This document shows, in pieces, positions 16,924 through 26,028 of a stretch of 64,000 nt of DNA. Position 1 is the first letter of the stretch. Each line of letters opens with the position of its first letter. This stretch comes from a virus (lineage: Duplodnaviria > Caudoviricetes), in IMG/VR virus record IMGVR_UViG_3300044647_001578, positions 1-64,000 of that record. The stretch is one strand, 5' to 3'. The notes beneath the pieces were generated by a model. The model searched no databases and had not been told where the DNA came from. It saw only the letters and a program-made list of their open reading frames with translations. Made by a program: the position numbers and the translations under genes.

Positions 16924-17005
16924 TACCCGAAGTCGGACTTGAACCGACATGCTATGAAGCAACAAATTTTAAGTCTGTCGTGTATACCGATTCCACCATT
17001 CGGGC
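16924..17005 (-). tRNA. tRNA-Leu(TAA)
   Basis: GCCCGAA/TTCGGGT acceptor, loop CTTAAAA, long variable arm, GGTTCAAGTCC. Confidence 0.9.
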
Positions 17006-17010
17006 ATGTG

Positions 17011-17083
17011 CTGGTCCACCAGGTCTCGATCCTGGGACATCCAAATTAACAGTTTGGCGCTCTACCAACTGAGCTATGGACCA
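17011..17083 (-). tRNA. tRNA-Asn(GTT)
   Basis: TGGTCCA/TGGACCA acceptor, loop CTGTTAA; unusual T loop ATCGAGA. Confidence 0.88.
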
Positions 17084-17110
17084 TCATGCACAAAACCGTT
17101 GTACTCTGTA

Positions 17111-17140
17111 AGTATACACGAGAAACAGCGGCTTTGTCAA
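17111..17140 (-). promoter_or_regulatory. promoter for tRNA pair
   Basis: TTGACA-18-TATACT. Confidence 0.7.
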
Positions 17141-17143
17141 CGA

Positions 17144-17287
17144 CTATTTAGTTATTATTTTAACGATATTAACTTTTTTAATTTCGTCATCTATATTAAA
17201 AATATCATGAATATATTCACTTGCATCTTCTTGATTAAAGGCTTCTACTTCAACCTCTACATCTAATTTAATGCGGTATTTATTCAT
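17144..17287 (-). CDS. 47-aa protein (not in ORF track)
   Basis: MNKYRIKLDVEVEVEAFNQEDA...; TATAAT 6 nt before ATG. Confidence 0.6.
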   Translation of the reverse strand: MNKYRIKLDVEVEVEAFNQEDASEYIHDIFNIDDEIKKVNIVKIITK

Positions 17288-17302
17288 AGTACAATTATAT
17301 CA

Positions 17303-17593
17303 TTACTTAGCAGATTTTTTATCTACTGCTGAAAATGCTGCATTGATTTCGGCTACTGTTAATTTACCATCATCTAAGAATCCACGAGCAAGTTTTTCAA
17401 CTACTGTAGCAACTCCTAGGGTTCCAGCCAATATAATAGCCTTATATGTTTCAATACCAACTACTGCTCCAGCTCCAATTACGGACAATCCTGATGCTGC
17501 AAATACTGCAATTATTCGCATAAAAATATTGTTAATGCTTGCAATTGCTCCTGATCCTACCTGTGTTGGCTCTTCAATATATGCTTTTGCCAT
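17303..17593 (-). CDS. membrane protein (possible holin)
   Basis: Two hydrophobic helices, DDGKLT..E motif, GAGG RBS. Confidence 0.6.
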   Translation of the reverse strand: MAKAYIEEPTQVGSGAIASINNIFMRIIAVFAASGLSVIGAGAVVGIETYKAIILAGTLGVATVVEKLARGFLDDGKLTVAEINAAFSAVDKKSAK

Positions 17594-17594
17594 T

Positions 17595-17777
17595 TTATTC
17601 CTCGTTTCTATTTCTGATCGGACTTGTAATTATCCAAAGAGCAGTTGTAGCCATGATTCCATAACCAACAATTGTCTTTGCACTTCCGTCCAGAACTACC
17701 CAAGCAATAAACATACCAAGAAGGGTCCATGCTTGGTCTACCATATCTTTTAGGATATTCTTTATTATTCTTACCAT
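17595..17777 (-). CDS. small two-TM membrane protein
   Basis: Hydrophobic hairpin, coupled to upstream gene. Confidence 0.65.
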   Translation of the reverse strand: MVRIIKNILKDMVDQAWTLLGMFIAWVVLDGSAKTIVGYGIMATTALWIITSPIRNRNEE

Positions 17778-20452
17778 TTTCTTCTGCCTCCTTGACCTGG
17801 TGAATTAGCTCCTGAGCCTCCACCAGAACTTCCTCCGCCTCCTGTGCCACCTCCAGTGGCTCCTCCTGTGGCAACTGCTGCTGCATTAATTGCCGCACCT
17901 GCTGCTACAACTGTTGCTACAACCATTTCTGTTGCCTCTTCTCTTTCTTCATCTGACATATCTGCGCCTATATTGCTTAGTGCCTGAATAGCCGCTCCAG
18001 GGTCTGAAAATGCTGTTGATAATAACTCTGCAGGATTTTCAAGCAATACCAAAGATGCTGCTACCTCTGCCGTAATAACAACTTCATTTCCGTTTTCATC
18101 CTGTCTTACTTCAACTGGAGTAGATGCAGGCAAATCTTTATATTCAATTCCAGCTTCTTGTATCTGCTCTTTAGTTAAAGATTCTCCAGGAGCAATAGAC
18201 TCTACAAGAGCGTCCGCAATCAATTCTTTTTCTGCATTAGTTAATTTTCCGTCTTCAGATAAAGCATCTGCAAGGCCTTGAACTTCTTCTGCAGTTACTT
18301 CACCATCACTTGCTAATTCATTTAAAATGTCTTCTGCTTCCTCTGCATCTATTTTGCCATCAGACAATGCGTCATCAACAGATTCTTCTACTGCTTCTTC
18401 TGATCCCGCCTCTGGTTCTTCTGCAGGTGGCTCTTCTGCAGGTGGCTCTTCTGCAGGTGGTTCTTCTGCAGGTGGTTCTTCAGCAGGTGGCTCTTCTGCA
18501 GGTGGTTCTTCTGCAGGTGGTTCTTCAGCAGGTGGTTCTTCAGCAGGTGGTTCTTCAGCAGGTGGCTCTTCTGCAGGTGGTTCTTCAGCAGGTGGTTCTT
18601 CAGCAGGTGGTTCTTCTGCAGGTGGTTCTTCAGCAGGTGGTTCTTCAGCAGGTGGTTCTTCAGCAGGTGGTTCTTCAGCAGGTGGTTCTTCTGCAGGTGG
18701 TTCTTCAGCAGGTGGTTCTTCTGCAGGTGGTTCTTCTGCAGGTGGTTCAGGAGCTGGTGCAGGTGGAGTAGGGTCTGGTTCAGGAGCTGGTGCAGGTTCA
18801 GGTGCAGGTGGAGTAGGAGATGGTTCAGGAGCTGGTGCAGGTGCAGGTGGAGTAGGGGCTGGTTCAGGTGCAGGTGCAGGAACTGCATCAATTACTGTTT
18901 GTGCTACTGCTAATATTGTAGGTGCGGTAGTTACTTTTTCTACGGCTGTAGAAACAATTGCAAGGTCTGCCACCTTTTCAGTCAATGTTGTACTTGCTGC
19001 TGATAACGCCGTTACAGTATTTTGTGAAACAGTTGCAATTGGTGCAATAACTGTATTTGTATTTGCTGTATTTGTTGCAACAATAGCAGTAACTGCTGAG
19101 TTTAATGTAGCAATTTGTGCATTTGCTGTATCGATTGCTGCCAAGACTGTTGCATTGTCTGGATCAGGGGTGGGAGTAAATGCAGCGCCTTGACTAATTG
19201 TTCCAGTAAATCCCGTAGTAGTACTTGTATTACTAATATTTGTTACGGGACCATTTGTAGTCTCTCTTACATTAAACCTAGCACCATTTGGTATTGGTCC
19301 AGTCACGCTTACATCTGCTTGCCATGCCCCATCTGCTGGATTAACATCGGCATTAAATCTAACTTGAGTCATTTGTGTCTCTGCTGTTTGCAAGGGATAA
19401 ACTCTAAGATCCCAAGCAACGCTAAGGGTGTTTGTAGTTGTTGAATATGTAATTCCAGATCCATTACTCCAGGTGGTCCAGTCATACCCTGCTATAGAAA
19501 TCGAAGGTGCATTTGGAGTAGAATAATAGTTTGCACCTTCATTTACACCAAAGGTAATAGTGGCATTGGACCCGACGTAAACATTATTGTATGTGACTCC
19601 GCCCATTTGTAAATTAAATGGAAGGTTCATTCGAACACCAGCGTCATCTACATTAGATAAAACATTTGTGGTAGTGCCAATAGTTGCCGCTAGAGCATTG
19701 ACTGCATCTTGAGCGTTATTAATTGCTACGTTTGCTTGAGTTAATTGTGTTTGAGCCTCTGTCCGTGCAGGTGTTACTGCTGCCACTGCCGTAGTTGCTG
19801 TAGCAACTGTTGTAGTAGCCGTATCTACTGCTGTCTGTGCTGATTGAACTAAAACTGTGGCTGTCTCTGATTGGGCAACTTCTGTTGCAATTGCTGTAGC
19901 TACTTGTGCAACTGTGGTTGGTGTTTCTGTCATTAATGGGGTTGCTGTTGATATTACTGTGGCTACCGCAGAATCTACGGTAGTAACGGCTTGCGTTACT
20001 ACTGCTTGTGCCGCTATAACCTCTGGTGTTTGAGTTGTAGCGCTTACTGGGATTGCTGCTACGGCTTCTGTAACGGATGCTACCGTTGAAGTAATTGTTT
20101 GAACAACTGCTGTTGCTGTTTCTACGGCTGAGGATACATTTGATACTTCTGCTACCGCAGCCGTCGCTGCTGCTACCGCTGTATTTGCTGCTGATACAGC
20201 AGTGTTAGACGCTGTTACTGATTCAACCGCAGTGGCTATAGTCACTGTTGCTGTATCAGATGCAGCTGCGGCTTGTGCAACTTCTGTGGTTGCGGTTGCA
20301 ATGGCTGTGTTTACTGCCTGCTGTGCAGGGCTTACCACAACTTGTTCTGCAGGAGCAGGAGGCTCATTAGCATTAGCAAAGTTAGGACTAAAAAGGAAAA
20401 GCCAGCCGATTATAAAAAGGCTGGTTAAAAAATACTTTAGCTTTCTAGTCAA
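17771..20452 (-). CDS. large secreted/surface protein with Ala-Thr stalk, NIDO-like beta domain and EEPPA repeat
   Basis: Signal peptide (TTG start, AGGAG RBS); DD...LPF...G..Y..VYVGSN..ITF; Pro-rich linker; acidic DGxxxxxE repeats; hydrophobic C-terminal segment and RRKW. Confidence 0.8.
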   Translation of the reverse strand: MTRKLKYFLTSLFIIGWLFLFSPNFANANEPPAPAEQVVVSPAQQAVNTAIATATTEVAQAAAASDTATVTIATAVESVTASNTAVSAANTAVAAATAAVAEVSNVSSAVETATAVVQTITSTVASVTEAVAAIPVSATTQTPEVIAAQAVVTQAVTTVDSAVATVISTATPLMTETPTTVAQVATAIATEVAQSETATVLVQSAQTAVDTATTTVATATTAVAAVTPARTEAQTQLTQANVAINNAQDAVNALAATIGTTTNVLSNVDDAGVRMNLPFNLQMGGVTYNNVYVGSNATITFGVNEGANYYSTPNAPSISIAGYDWTTWSNGSGITYSTTTNTLSVAWDLRVYPLQTAETQMTQVRFNADVNPADGAWQADVSVTGPIPNGARFNVRETTNGPVTNISNTSTTTGFTGTISQGAAFTPTPDPDNATVLAAIDTANAQIATLNSAVTAIVATNTANTNTVIAPIATVSQNTVTALSAASTTLTEKVADLAIVSTAVEKVTTAPTILAVAQTVIDAVPAPAPEPAPTPPAPAPAPEPSPTPPAPEPAPAPEPDPTPPAPAPEPPAEEPPAEEPPAEEPPAEEPPAEEPPAEEPPAEEPPAEEPPAEEPPAEEPPAEEPPAEEPPAEEPPAEEPPAEEPPAEEPPAEEPPAEEPPAEEPPAEEPPAEEPPAEEPEAGSEEAVEESVDDALSDGKIDAEEAEDILNELASDGEVTAEEVQGLADALSEDGKLTNAEKELIADALVESIAPGESLTKEQIQEAGIEYKDLPASTPVEVRQDENGNEVVITAEVAASLVLLENPAELLSTAFSDPGAAIQALSNIGADMSDEEREEATEMVVATVVAAGAAINAAAVATGGATGGGTGGGGSSGGGSGANSPGQGGRRKW
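18413..18749. repeat. 15-bp coding tandem repeat (about 21-22 EEPPA units)
   Basis: GCAGGTGGYTCTTCW repeated head to tail; variation at two positions only. Confidence 0.95.
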
Positions 20453-20510
20453 CTAGGTGTCTCCTAAGTAATGCAATATCTTTGCTTACTTAATAATTAT
20501 ACCACTTTAA

Positions 20511-20699
20511 CTATTTAGGATTATCTGTTTTATAAAAACCATTACCTTTAAACTGTATACCAAATGGAGTAAAGTGTCTAGTCATTTCTGACTCACATTC
20601 AACACATGTATAGCCTGGGTCTTCATCCATAATTGATCTATGAGTTGACATTGTTGGGTGTGCATCATCATATGAGCACTTGTATTCGTATACTGGCAT
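20511..20699 (-). CDS. FmdB-family Zn-ribbon protein
   Basis: MPVYEYKC...CVEC...FKGNGFYKTD. Confidence 0.9.
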   Translation of the reverse strand: MPVYEYKCSYDDAHPTMSTHRSIMDEDPGYTCVECESEMTRHFTPFGIQFKGNGFYKTDNPK

Positions 20700-20718
20700 T
20701 ACCTATCCTTTAATTATA

Positions 20719-20800
20719 GTGAGCAGTTTCGGGACATACTCAGGTCCATCCTGCGGGTAACGGCCCGCTATCTGCGACTTCCCAGTTACGGGTTGCAGAT
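20719..20800 (-). ncRNA. putative structured RNA (two hairpins plus H-type pseudoknot)
   Basis: TATAAT at 20805-20810; ATCTGC/GCAGAT, GCGGG/CCCGC and GGAC/GTCC stems; loop TGAGTA pairs with downstream TGCTCA. Confidence 0.5.
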
Positions 20801-20812
20801 TTCTATTATACC

Positions 20813-21229
20813 TTACTTGATTTTAATTTCTTTAGGCTTTTTTTCTTCTGGAACAATGCGATCCACATTAATATGTAGCATGCCGTCTTTTAGCTCTGCA
20901 CCAGATACTTCCATGTATTCACCTAGGGCAAAAGATCTGACGAACTTTCTACCAGCAATACCCTTGTGAACAATTTCTGCATCTGTAACTTCTACAATTT
21001 CACCCTTAATAATAAGTGTTCCATTGTCTACCGAAACATTAATATCTTCCTTGGTAAAACCTGCAATAGCAAGCGAAAGCCTGTATGTGTCTTCATCTAA
21101 TTTAAGAAGATCATACGGAGGATATGATTGAGAGTTGATTTTGTGTGCAGTATTTAGACGGGCTAGGTCCCTGTTAAAGCCAATAAAAAAAGGATCATTA
21201 AATAAATCCATTGCGAATTGTGTTACCAT
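20813..21229 (-). CDS. small heat shock protein Hsp20 (IbpA-like)
   Basis: YPPYD, LAIAGF, HKGIA.R.F.RSF.L, A.LKDGML. Confidence 0.95.
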   Translation of the reverse strand: MVTQFAMDLFNDPFFIGFNRDLARLNTAHKINSQSYPPYDLLKLDEDTYRLSLAIAGFTKEDINVSVDNGTLIIKGEIVEVTDAEIVHKGIAGRKFVRSFALGEYMEVSGAELKDGMLHINVDRIVPEEKKPKEIKIK

Positions 21230-21230
21230 G

Positions 21231-21291
21231 TTATTCCCCTTTCAAGCGAATAAATTAATATACGGACCCTCTATTGAGCAGTCCGTATATT
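21231..21291 (-). promoter_or_regulatory. structured hsp20 leader (possible RNA thermometer)
   Basis: 11-bp inverted repeat AATATACGGAC/GTCCGTATATT, then TTATTC...GAATAA hairpin enclosing the AAAGGGG SD. Confidence 0.45.
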
Positions 21292-21317
21292 ATTATAGCA
21301 AAATATTTATATCTTGT

Positions 21318-21722
21318 CTATTTCTTCTTAGCCCTTACCTTAGCAAGTGCTTCAAAGTCCTTTACCTTAGTATCCCCTAGGTATCCCCAGGCATATCCAT
21401 CGGCAATCATTTGTTCATTGACTGATACCTTAGATCCATCTAGGAATATCCATCCAAGGATGCGCCCGTATTTTTCTGATGAGTCCATCTTCTCTGTCTT
21501 AATGACAACATCTTTAGCGTCTTTAATCTTAGACTTTAAATACTCTTTAGATTCAAGCCCCAAAACCTTTTCAGCTTTATCTCTTGTTCTACTTTCTGGA
21601 GTATCAATTCCAGCCAGCCTAACTCTTGAATTAAACGATATGTCAAAACCTAGATCAATCTCTACGTCTATTGTATCTCCGTCTACTACGTTAGTTACTT
21701 TCTTAACATGGTATTCGTACAT
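21318..21722 (-). CDS. thermonuclease (SNase-like) family nuclease
   Basis: VVDGDT, VRLAGIDTPE, KYGRILG. Confidence 0.9.
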   Translation of the reverse strand: MYEYHVKKVTNVVDGDTIDVEIDLGFDISFNSRVRLAGIDTPESRTRDKAEKVLGLESKEYLKSKIKDAKDVVIKTEKMDSSEKYGRILGWIFLDGSKVSVNEQMIADGYAWGYLGDTKVKDFEALAKVRAKKK

Positions 21723-22324
21723 TACTTCTTCTTTACTGCCGCCTTCTTTACAGGAGCCGCCTTCTTAACTGGTGCAGCTGGCGCTGCAACCTTCTTAGCA
21801 ACAGGCTTACCAAATGTTGGTCTTCCAAATCCTACAATTCCTACGATCTGACTTCTACGAAGCTTTGATCCGTTCTTCTTCTTATAAGCACGATTCTTTA
21901 GGCAACATTCTCCGCCATTTCTTTGATCGCCTTTCTTATCTGCAGATGTATTTCCTTCTACAACATCTACTGTGCCGTCTGCATTTACTGCAGCAACAAT
22001 TCCTACGTGAGAAATTCTGTCTACGCCATCTGATGGGAAATCAAAATAGGCAATATCTCCAACTTCTGGTGTTGCTACTTCTGCCATCTGCCAGGCTCCT
22101 GCTTTAATGAATGCTTGCGCTCCTGCTGGTGTGTATACAGTGTTAGGAACTTTTACTCCTGCTTGATCTGCACACCACATAACGAATGATCCGCACCATG
22201 GTTGAAAGTTTGCTTTTGCAAACTTACCATACTTTGTTTCATTGTCTTTTGGTCCTTCAATAGTTCCAACTTCTGCTAGTGCTACTTCCACTAGTCTTGC
22301 TGCTGATCCTTGTTCTGCTGCCAT
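21722..22324 (-). CDS. CHAP-domain peptidoglycan hydrolase (endolysin)
   Basis: PWCGSFV...SHVGIV...EGN; AAPVKK basic tail. Confidence 0.85.
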   Translation of the reverse strand: MAAEQGSAARLVEVALAEVGTIEGPKDNETKYGKFAKANFQPWCGSFVMWCADQAGVKVPNTVYTPAGAQAFIKAGAWQMAEVATPEVGDIAYFDFPSDGVDRISHVGIVAAVNADGTVDVVEGNTSADKKGDQRNGGECCLKNRAYKKKNGSKLRRSQIVGIVGFGRPTFGKPVAKKVAAPAAPVKKAAPVKKAAVKKK

Positions 22325-22382
22325 TTTATTTCTCCTAATCTATTTGTATTAAAATATACTGATCCTAGTATACCAAAAAAAA

Positions 22383-23129
22383 TTAAAACCTGTTGTAAAC
22401 ATGAGACAGCACCTTGTCATAGTGCTCTTGCCTCATATGATCATTTAAAAAGTTATTAAGATTATCTTTAGGCTGCATCCAGGACTCGATCATATCTGTC
22501 CCAAGAATTTCCCTAATATTTATAGGTTCTGGGAGTCCTCTTTCGGCACACTGTATTTTTAATTCTTCAACAAAATTTAAATACTGCTCGTGCCTTTCTT
22601 CAAATTCAAAGTCGGGATCCAGCTCTGGAAACCTCCAGCTACTTGTCACAATTGTTATAAATTGGGGGACTGGCTCCATAAAAACAACTGTACATTTATC
22701 AAAATGTTTTATGACATTATCTATATACGTTGAAACAACTTCCTTCGCTCCAACATAATTTTTTAATTTTTTATTTGGAAGATGATTTCTGCAGTCTATA
22801 TATCCAAGCCAAGGTATAAAAATATTACCCTCTGCGTTCCATTTTTCTAATATAGGTTTTTGGGTACCGCTTGCAAAGTTTAAAAAATCATAGCTATATG
22901 CGGATCTACCAGAGTGACCAGAGATTAATATCTTTGAAGTGTCATCTTCATATCCTATTAAAACATCTTTCATAAATACAGTAAAACCATTTTCATCTGG
23001 GGCTTTGGTTTCATAGTGTGAGTTAGAATGAATTTCCGTACCCGACTCTACATTGCTTGAGAACCAGGCCTTAGAAGAATACCCTAGTCTTGTTGCGTGA
23101 GAATCACCTAGTATTAATATATTTTTCAT
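22383..23129 (-). CDS. SGNH/GDSL-like hydrolase
   Basis: ILGDSH at N-terminus, LGYIDCR, terminal NDH. Confidence 0.55.
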   Translation of the reverse strand: MKNILILGDSHATRLGYSSKAWFSSNVESGTEIHSNSHYETKAPDENGFTVFMKDVLIGYEDDTSKILISGHSGRSAYSYDFLNFASGTQKPILEKWNAEGNIFIPWLGYIDCRNHLPNKKLKNYVGAKEVVSTYIDNVIKHFDKCTVVFMEPVPQFITIVTSSWRFPELDPDFEFEERHEQYLNFVEELKIQCAERGLPEPINIREILGTDMIESWMQPKDNLNNFLNDHMRQEHYDKVLSHVYNRF

Positions 23130-23154
23130 TATACTCCATTATACTGTTATTTAA

Positions 23155-23709
23155 TTAGCTTGAAGGCTTAAAGTCTACAAGAAATTCTTTTGGGGCAAAC
23201 CCTGAGCTTAGAGTGTACCTTTCTTTACCGCTAAGCATAGTTACATGATGCTTGTATTTGCTGTAAAATATAAACAGCTTCCCAGCTGTCGGGCTGAAGG
23301 TTATGTCCAAGTCATCAAACACTAAGTCTCCACCTTCAAACCCTTCATTTAAATACAATAAATATACTACTGCATCTTCGGGGTCAAAGTGTGATCCCAT
23401 TTCACTGCCTGGCATCATTTTTGATGCAAGAATATTTGGGAAGTGGGAGTATGTATTTTTATCTACACCTACTTTACCCATAAAATCATATACTAATGGG
23501 TGAACTTTATCTTTTACCAACTGCTTTAGATACATCTGGTCCTCGGATATTAATTCATCTGAGTGGAAGTCTATTTTCATTGTTAGTTGAGTCCTGTGGT
23601 TTACAGACAAAAACTTTTCATCAAGATTGTTAAAACAATCAAAGACTTTTTTAAAATTAATGTCGTCTTTGATGTCGCAAATAGCTACATGCTCGTGTAT
23701 AAAATTCAT
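23155..23709 (-). CDS. 2OG-Fe(II) oxygenase (copy 4)
   Basis: HFD...YLNEGFEGG...HHV...R; start 23709 after TGGTATACT. Confidence 0.85.
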   Translation of the reverse strand: MNFIHEHVAICDIKDDINFKKVFDCFNNLDEKFLSVNHRTQLTMKIDFHSDELISEDQMYLKQLVKDKVHPLVYDFMGKVGVDKNTYSHFPNILASKMMPGSEMGSHFDPEDAVVYLLYLNEGFEGGDLVFDDLDITFSPTAGKLFIFYSKYKHHVTMLSGKERYTLSSGFAPKEFLVDFKPSS

Positions 23710-23748
23710 AAATACCAGTATACCATTTTCTTTAATTTTTATAAACAG

Positions 23749-23821
23749 TGTCCCCAGATGGTATCGAACCATCGACCCGCAGATTAAAAGTCTGCTGCTC
23801 TACCAGCTGAGCTATAGGAAC
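23749..23821 (-). tRNA. tRNA-Lys(TTT)
   Basis: Canonical cloverleaf, loop CTTTTAA. Confidence 0.92.
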
Positions 23822-23822
23822 G

Positions 23823-23894
23823 TACCCCTGGCTGGGATCGAACCAGCGACCTACAGATTAGAAGTCTGTTGCTCTTCCGCTGAGCTACAAAGGT
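23823..23894 (-). tRNA. tRNA-Arg(TCT)
   Basis: Canonical cloverleaf, loop CTTCTAA. Confidence 0.92.
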
Positions 23895-23895
23895 G

Positions 23896-23969
23896 TGCGG
23901 CAGGTAGGACTTGAACCTACGATTACCGAATTATGAGTTCGGGGCTTTAACCAACTAAGCTACTGCCGC
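23896..23969 (-). tRNA. tRNA-CAT (elongator Met or Ile2)
   Basis: Loop CTCATAA; G1-C72 paired, so not initiator. Confidence 0.88.
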
Positions 23970-23978
23970 TTAGTTAGT

Positions 23979-24008
23979 ATTGTATCTAATTGTATTATTT
24001 TTTGTCAA
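23979..24008 (-). promoter_or_regulatory. promoter for tRNA trio
   Basis: TTGACA-18-TACAAT. Confidence 0.65.
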
Positions 24009-24228
24009 TAGTATTTTCTACTATTTGCTGCACGTACTCTGAAAAATGTTTTCTTATGCTGCCCATTGGCCTTGAGCCAAAAGAATCCCATAGCCTTTGA
24101 TATTCTATTATATTTTGTAATGTTGTTGGACATACAATCAGCCCATTATATGTCTTCATTACGGTTGGCAAAGGCACATGTTTTGTGCAGCATTTGCACT
24201 GCTTTGCTAGTTCTTGATATTCACTCAT
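23995..24228 (-). CDS. hypothetical protein
   Basis: ATGA overlap with terminase; CKCC...CP. Confidence 0.7.
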   Translation of the reverse strand: MSEYQELAKQCKCCTKHVPLPTVMKTYNGLIVCPTTLQNIIEYQRLWDSFGSRPMGSIRKHFSEYVQQIVENTIDKK

Positions 24229-26027
24229 AGTATTTGCATCCTGTCCATTGCTTCTCTCAAACCTTCAGGCATTCTTGGTGCCCTAATCATGTTATAAGAT
24301 GTTGTGTCTGGGTCATCTTTGGCCCCAAAATCATTGTCGTAATTCATAGATTCATATGTATGAATATTAATTTCTTGATTATTATCAAACCTTGTTCTGC
24401 TGATCGAATTAAATATTGCCCCACATGTTGCGTCCGCCAAGTCTTTAGATCCTTTTCTTGGGTGATCCACTTTGTCTCTCATAATTCTAAGTTGGCATAG
24501 CTCATCTATAAGCAGTGGTATGTGTGGGCCAATTAGTCTCTCTTCCGCCACAATCATAGCCATATCGTCATAATGCTTTTTAGCGACAGACAGAATCTCT
24601 GTATTGATGCCATATTGTTTTAGTTGTTGCATCATATCATGAGAGTTCCATCTGTCAAAGGTACATATTGCTATATTAAATCCTCTTGTTTTAAGAGAAA
24701 GAATGTAGTCTTTTACTTCAGTAAAGTCAACAGATTTGTCTGGGGTCGGTGTCCAGTATCTTACAGCATCAACCTCTACAATTGGGGCTGGCTGCGAGTA
24801 GGTATCAGTCACCTTTACGTTAACCCATTTATTTACATGAGCCATTGTTACTGCACAGTGGTCATGCTTTTGAGCCAAGTCTACGTGAATATAATATTTT
24901 TTATCTGGGTCTGGTATAAACCACTCTTCAAGTCTGCCAAAGTTGTCAACTGCGATTGATCCCACGTTAAAAGCCTTCTCTACTTTTTCTCTAGATTTAA
25001 AGAATGCATCTACTGCATCTGGGGGCATGCAAGCAAATCTTGAAAGAGCATCTGTCGGGTTTGTATAAAATGCTGTTTTAAAATCATCAATCTTTCTAAC
25101 TGGGTTTATCTCCCACGTAGGTCTTTTAATAGCATAAACCTTTGGTATTTTATAAGATATTATATGATCCTCTTCCCATTGTATTTCAAACTCATTTCCT
25201 TCTGTACCGTCTGGTAGTTCTTCGTACATCTTAAACTTATGGTCTCTAATTATAGTTTCTTTTTCGCCTATTACCGCATCATATCTTTGCTGTATATAAT
25301 CATTCTTAAATCTAGGAAATGATAGCAATATAACTTTACCAAAATCTGGGAAGCGTGAGTCTACTGATGCCCTGTACATATCATAAACCGCACTACCTGT
25401 TTTAGCTTGATCGTGACCAGTTGTATTATCAATTGCAAAGCCAGAAATTTCATCCAGAATAACAACGATAACGTTATATCCTTCCCAAGCCTCTCTTTCT
25501 GAGTGGCCAGAGTGAACCGTTATAGCCTTGTTAAACTGGATTTCAGATGCCTTGGCATAGTACTTCCCAATAAACCATGGCGACTTGTCTATGCGGCTCC
25601 TGAAGCCTTTAAAAAATACGTTGCTTGCCTGCTGTGAGTTAATTGCAATATTAATAATATCAATAGAGTCGCCTGGAGGTTTGCCGTAATATGTTGCTGG
25701 GTCCTTTAGACATAATAGTAAATATACTATATACGCTACTGCAATCGTTGAGCAGTAGTCTTTTCCAGAACCTTTTCCTAGCTGTGCGACAACTTCGTTT
25801 GCCGTTTGCTTAAATCTAATAGATCCCTCTTCGTCTCCAAATAATTTTTTTAGTGTTGTTTCTTTATATATCTGTGAGCTTTTTTCAATCAAAGTATACT
25901 GATAATCAGAGAGTGGAGGTAGACCTAAATAATTTGGGTCATTTACAAATGTGCGAAGATCGACTGGCTTTTCTTCAAACTCTTCACCGTCTAATATATC
26001 AATTAAATCTGAGAAATCAAATGACAT
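24225..26027 (-). CDS. terL: terminase large subunit
   Basis: Walker A GKGSGKD, Walker B VILDE, nuclease HVDLA...KDLADA. Confidence 0.9.
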   Translation of the reverse strand: MSFDFSDLIDILDGEEFEEKPVDLRTFVNDPNYLGLPPLSDYQYTLIEKSSQIYKETTLKKLFGDEEGSIRFKQTANEVVAQLGKGSGKDYCSTIAVAYIVYLLLCLKDPATYYGKPPGDSIDIINIAINSQQASNVFFKGFRSRIDKSPWFIGKYYAKASEIQFNKAITVHSGHSEREAWEGYNVIVVILDEISGFAIDNTTGHDQAKTGSAVYDMYRASVDSRFPDFGKVILLSFPRFKNDYIQQRYDAVIGEKETIIRDHKFKMYEELPDGTEGNEFEIQWEEDHIISYKIPKVYAIKRPTWEINPVRKIDDFKTAFYTNPTDALSRFACMPPDAVDAFFKSREKVEKAFNVGSIAVDNFGRLEEWFIPDPDKKYYIHVDLAQKHDHCAVTMAHVNKWVNVKVTDTYSQPAPIVEVDAVRYWTPTPDKSVDFTEVKDYILSLKTRGFNIAICTFDRWNSHDMMQQLKQYGINTEILSVAKKHYDDMAMIVAEERLIGPHIPLLIDELCQLRIMRDKVDHPRKGSKDLADATCGAIFNSISRTRFDNNQEINIHTYESMNYDNDFGAKDDPDTTSYNMIRAPRMPEGLREAMDRMQIL

Positions 26028-26028
26028 G

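Noticed and set aside
18413-18749. CRISPR-like or non-coding repeat array
   Set aside because: Head-to-tail 15-bp units with no spacers, in frame within a protein gene.
18310-19193. Plus-strand (GGSSA)n and Leu/Gln-rich ORFs, and the minus-strand KNHL ORF
   Set aside because: Shadow frames of the EEPPA repeat, with no RBS or operon context.
20719-20748. Hammerhead ribozyme (CTGAG...CGAAAC)
   Set aside because: The core reads CUGAGUA rather than CUGANGA and stem II is absent; a pseudoknot fits better.
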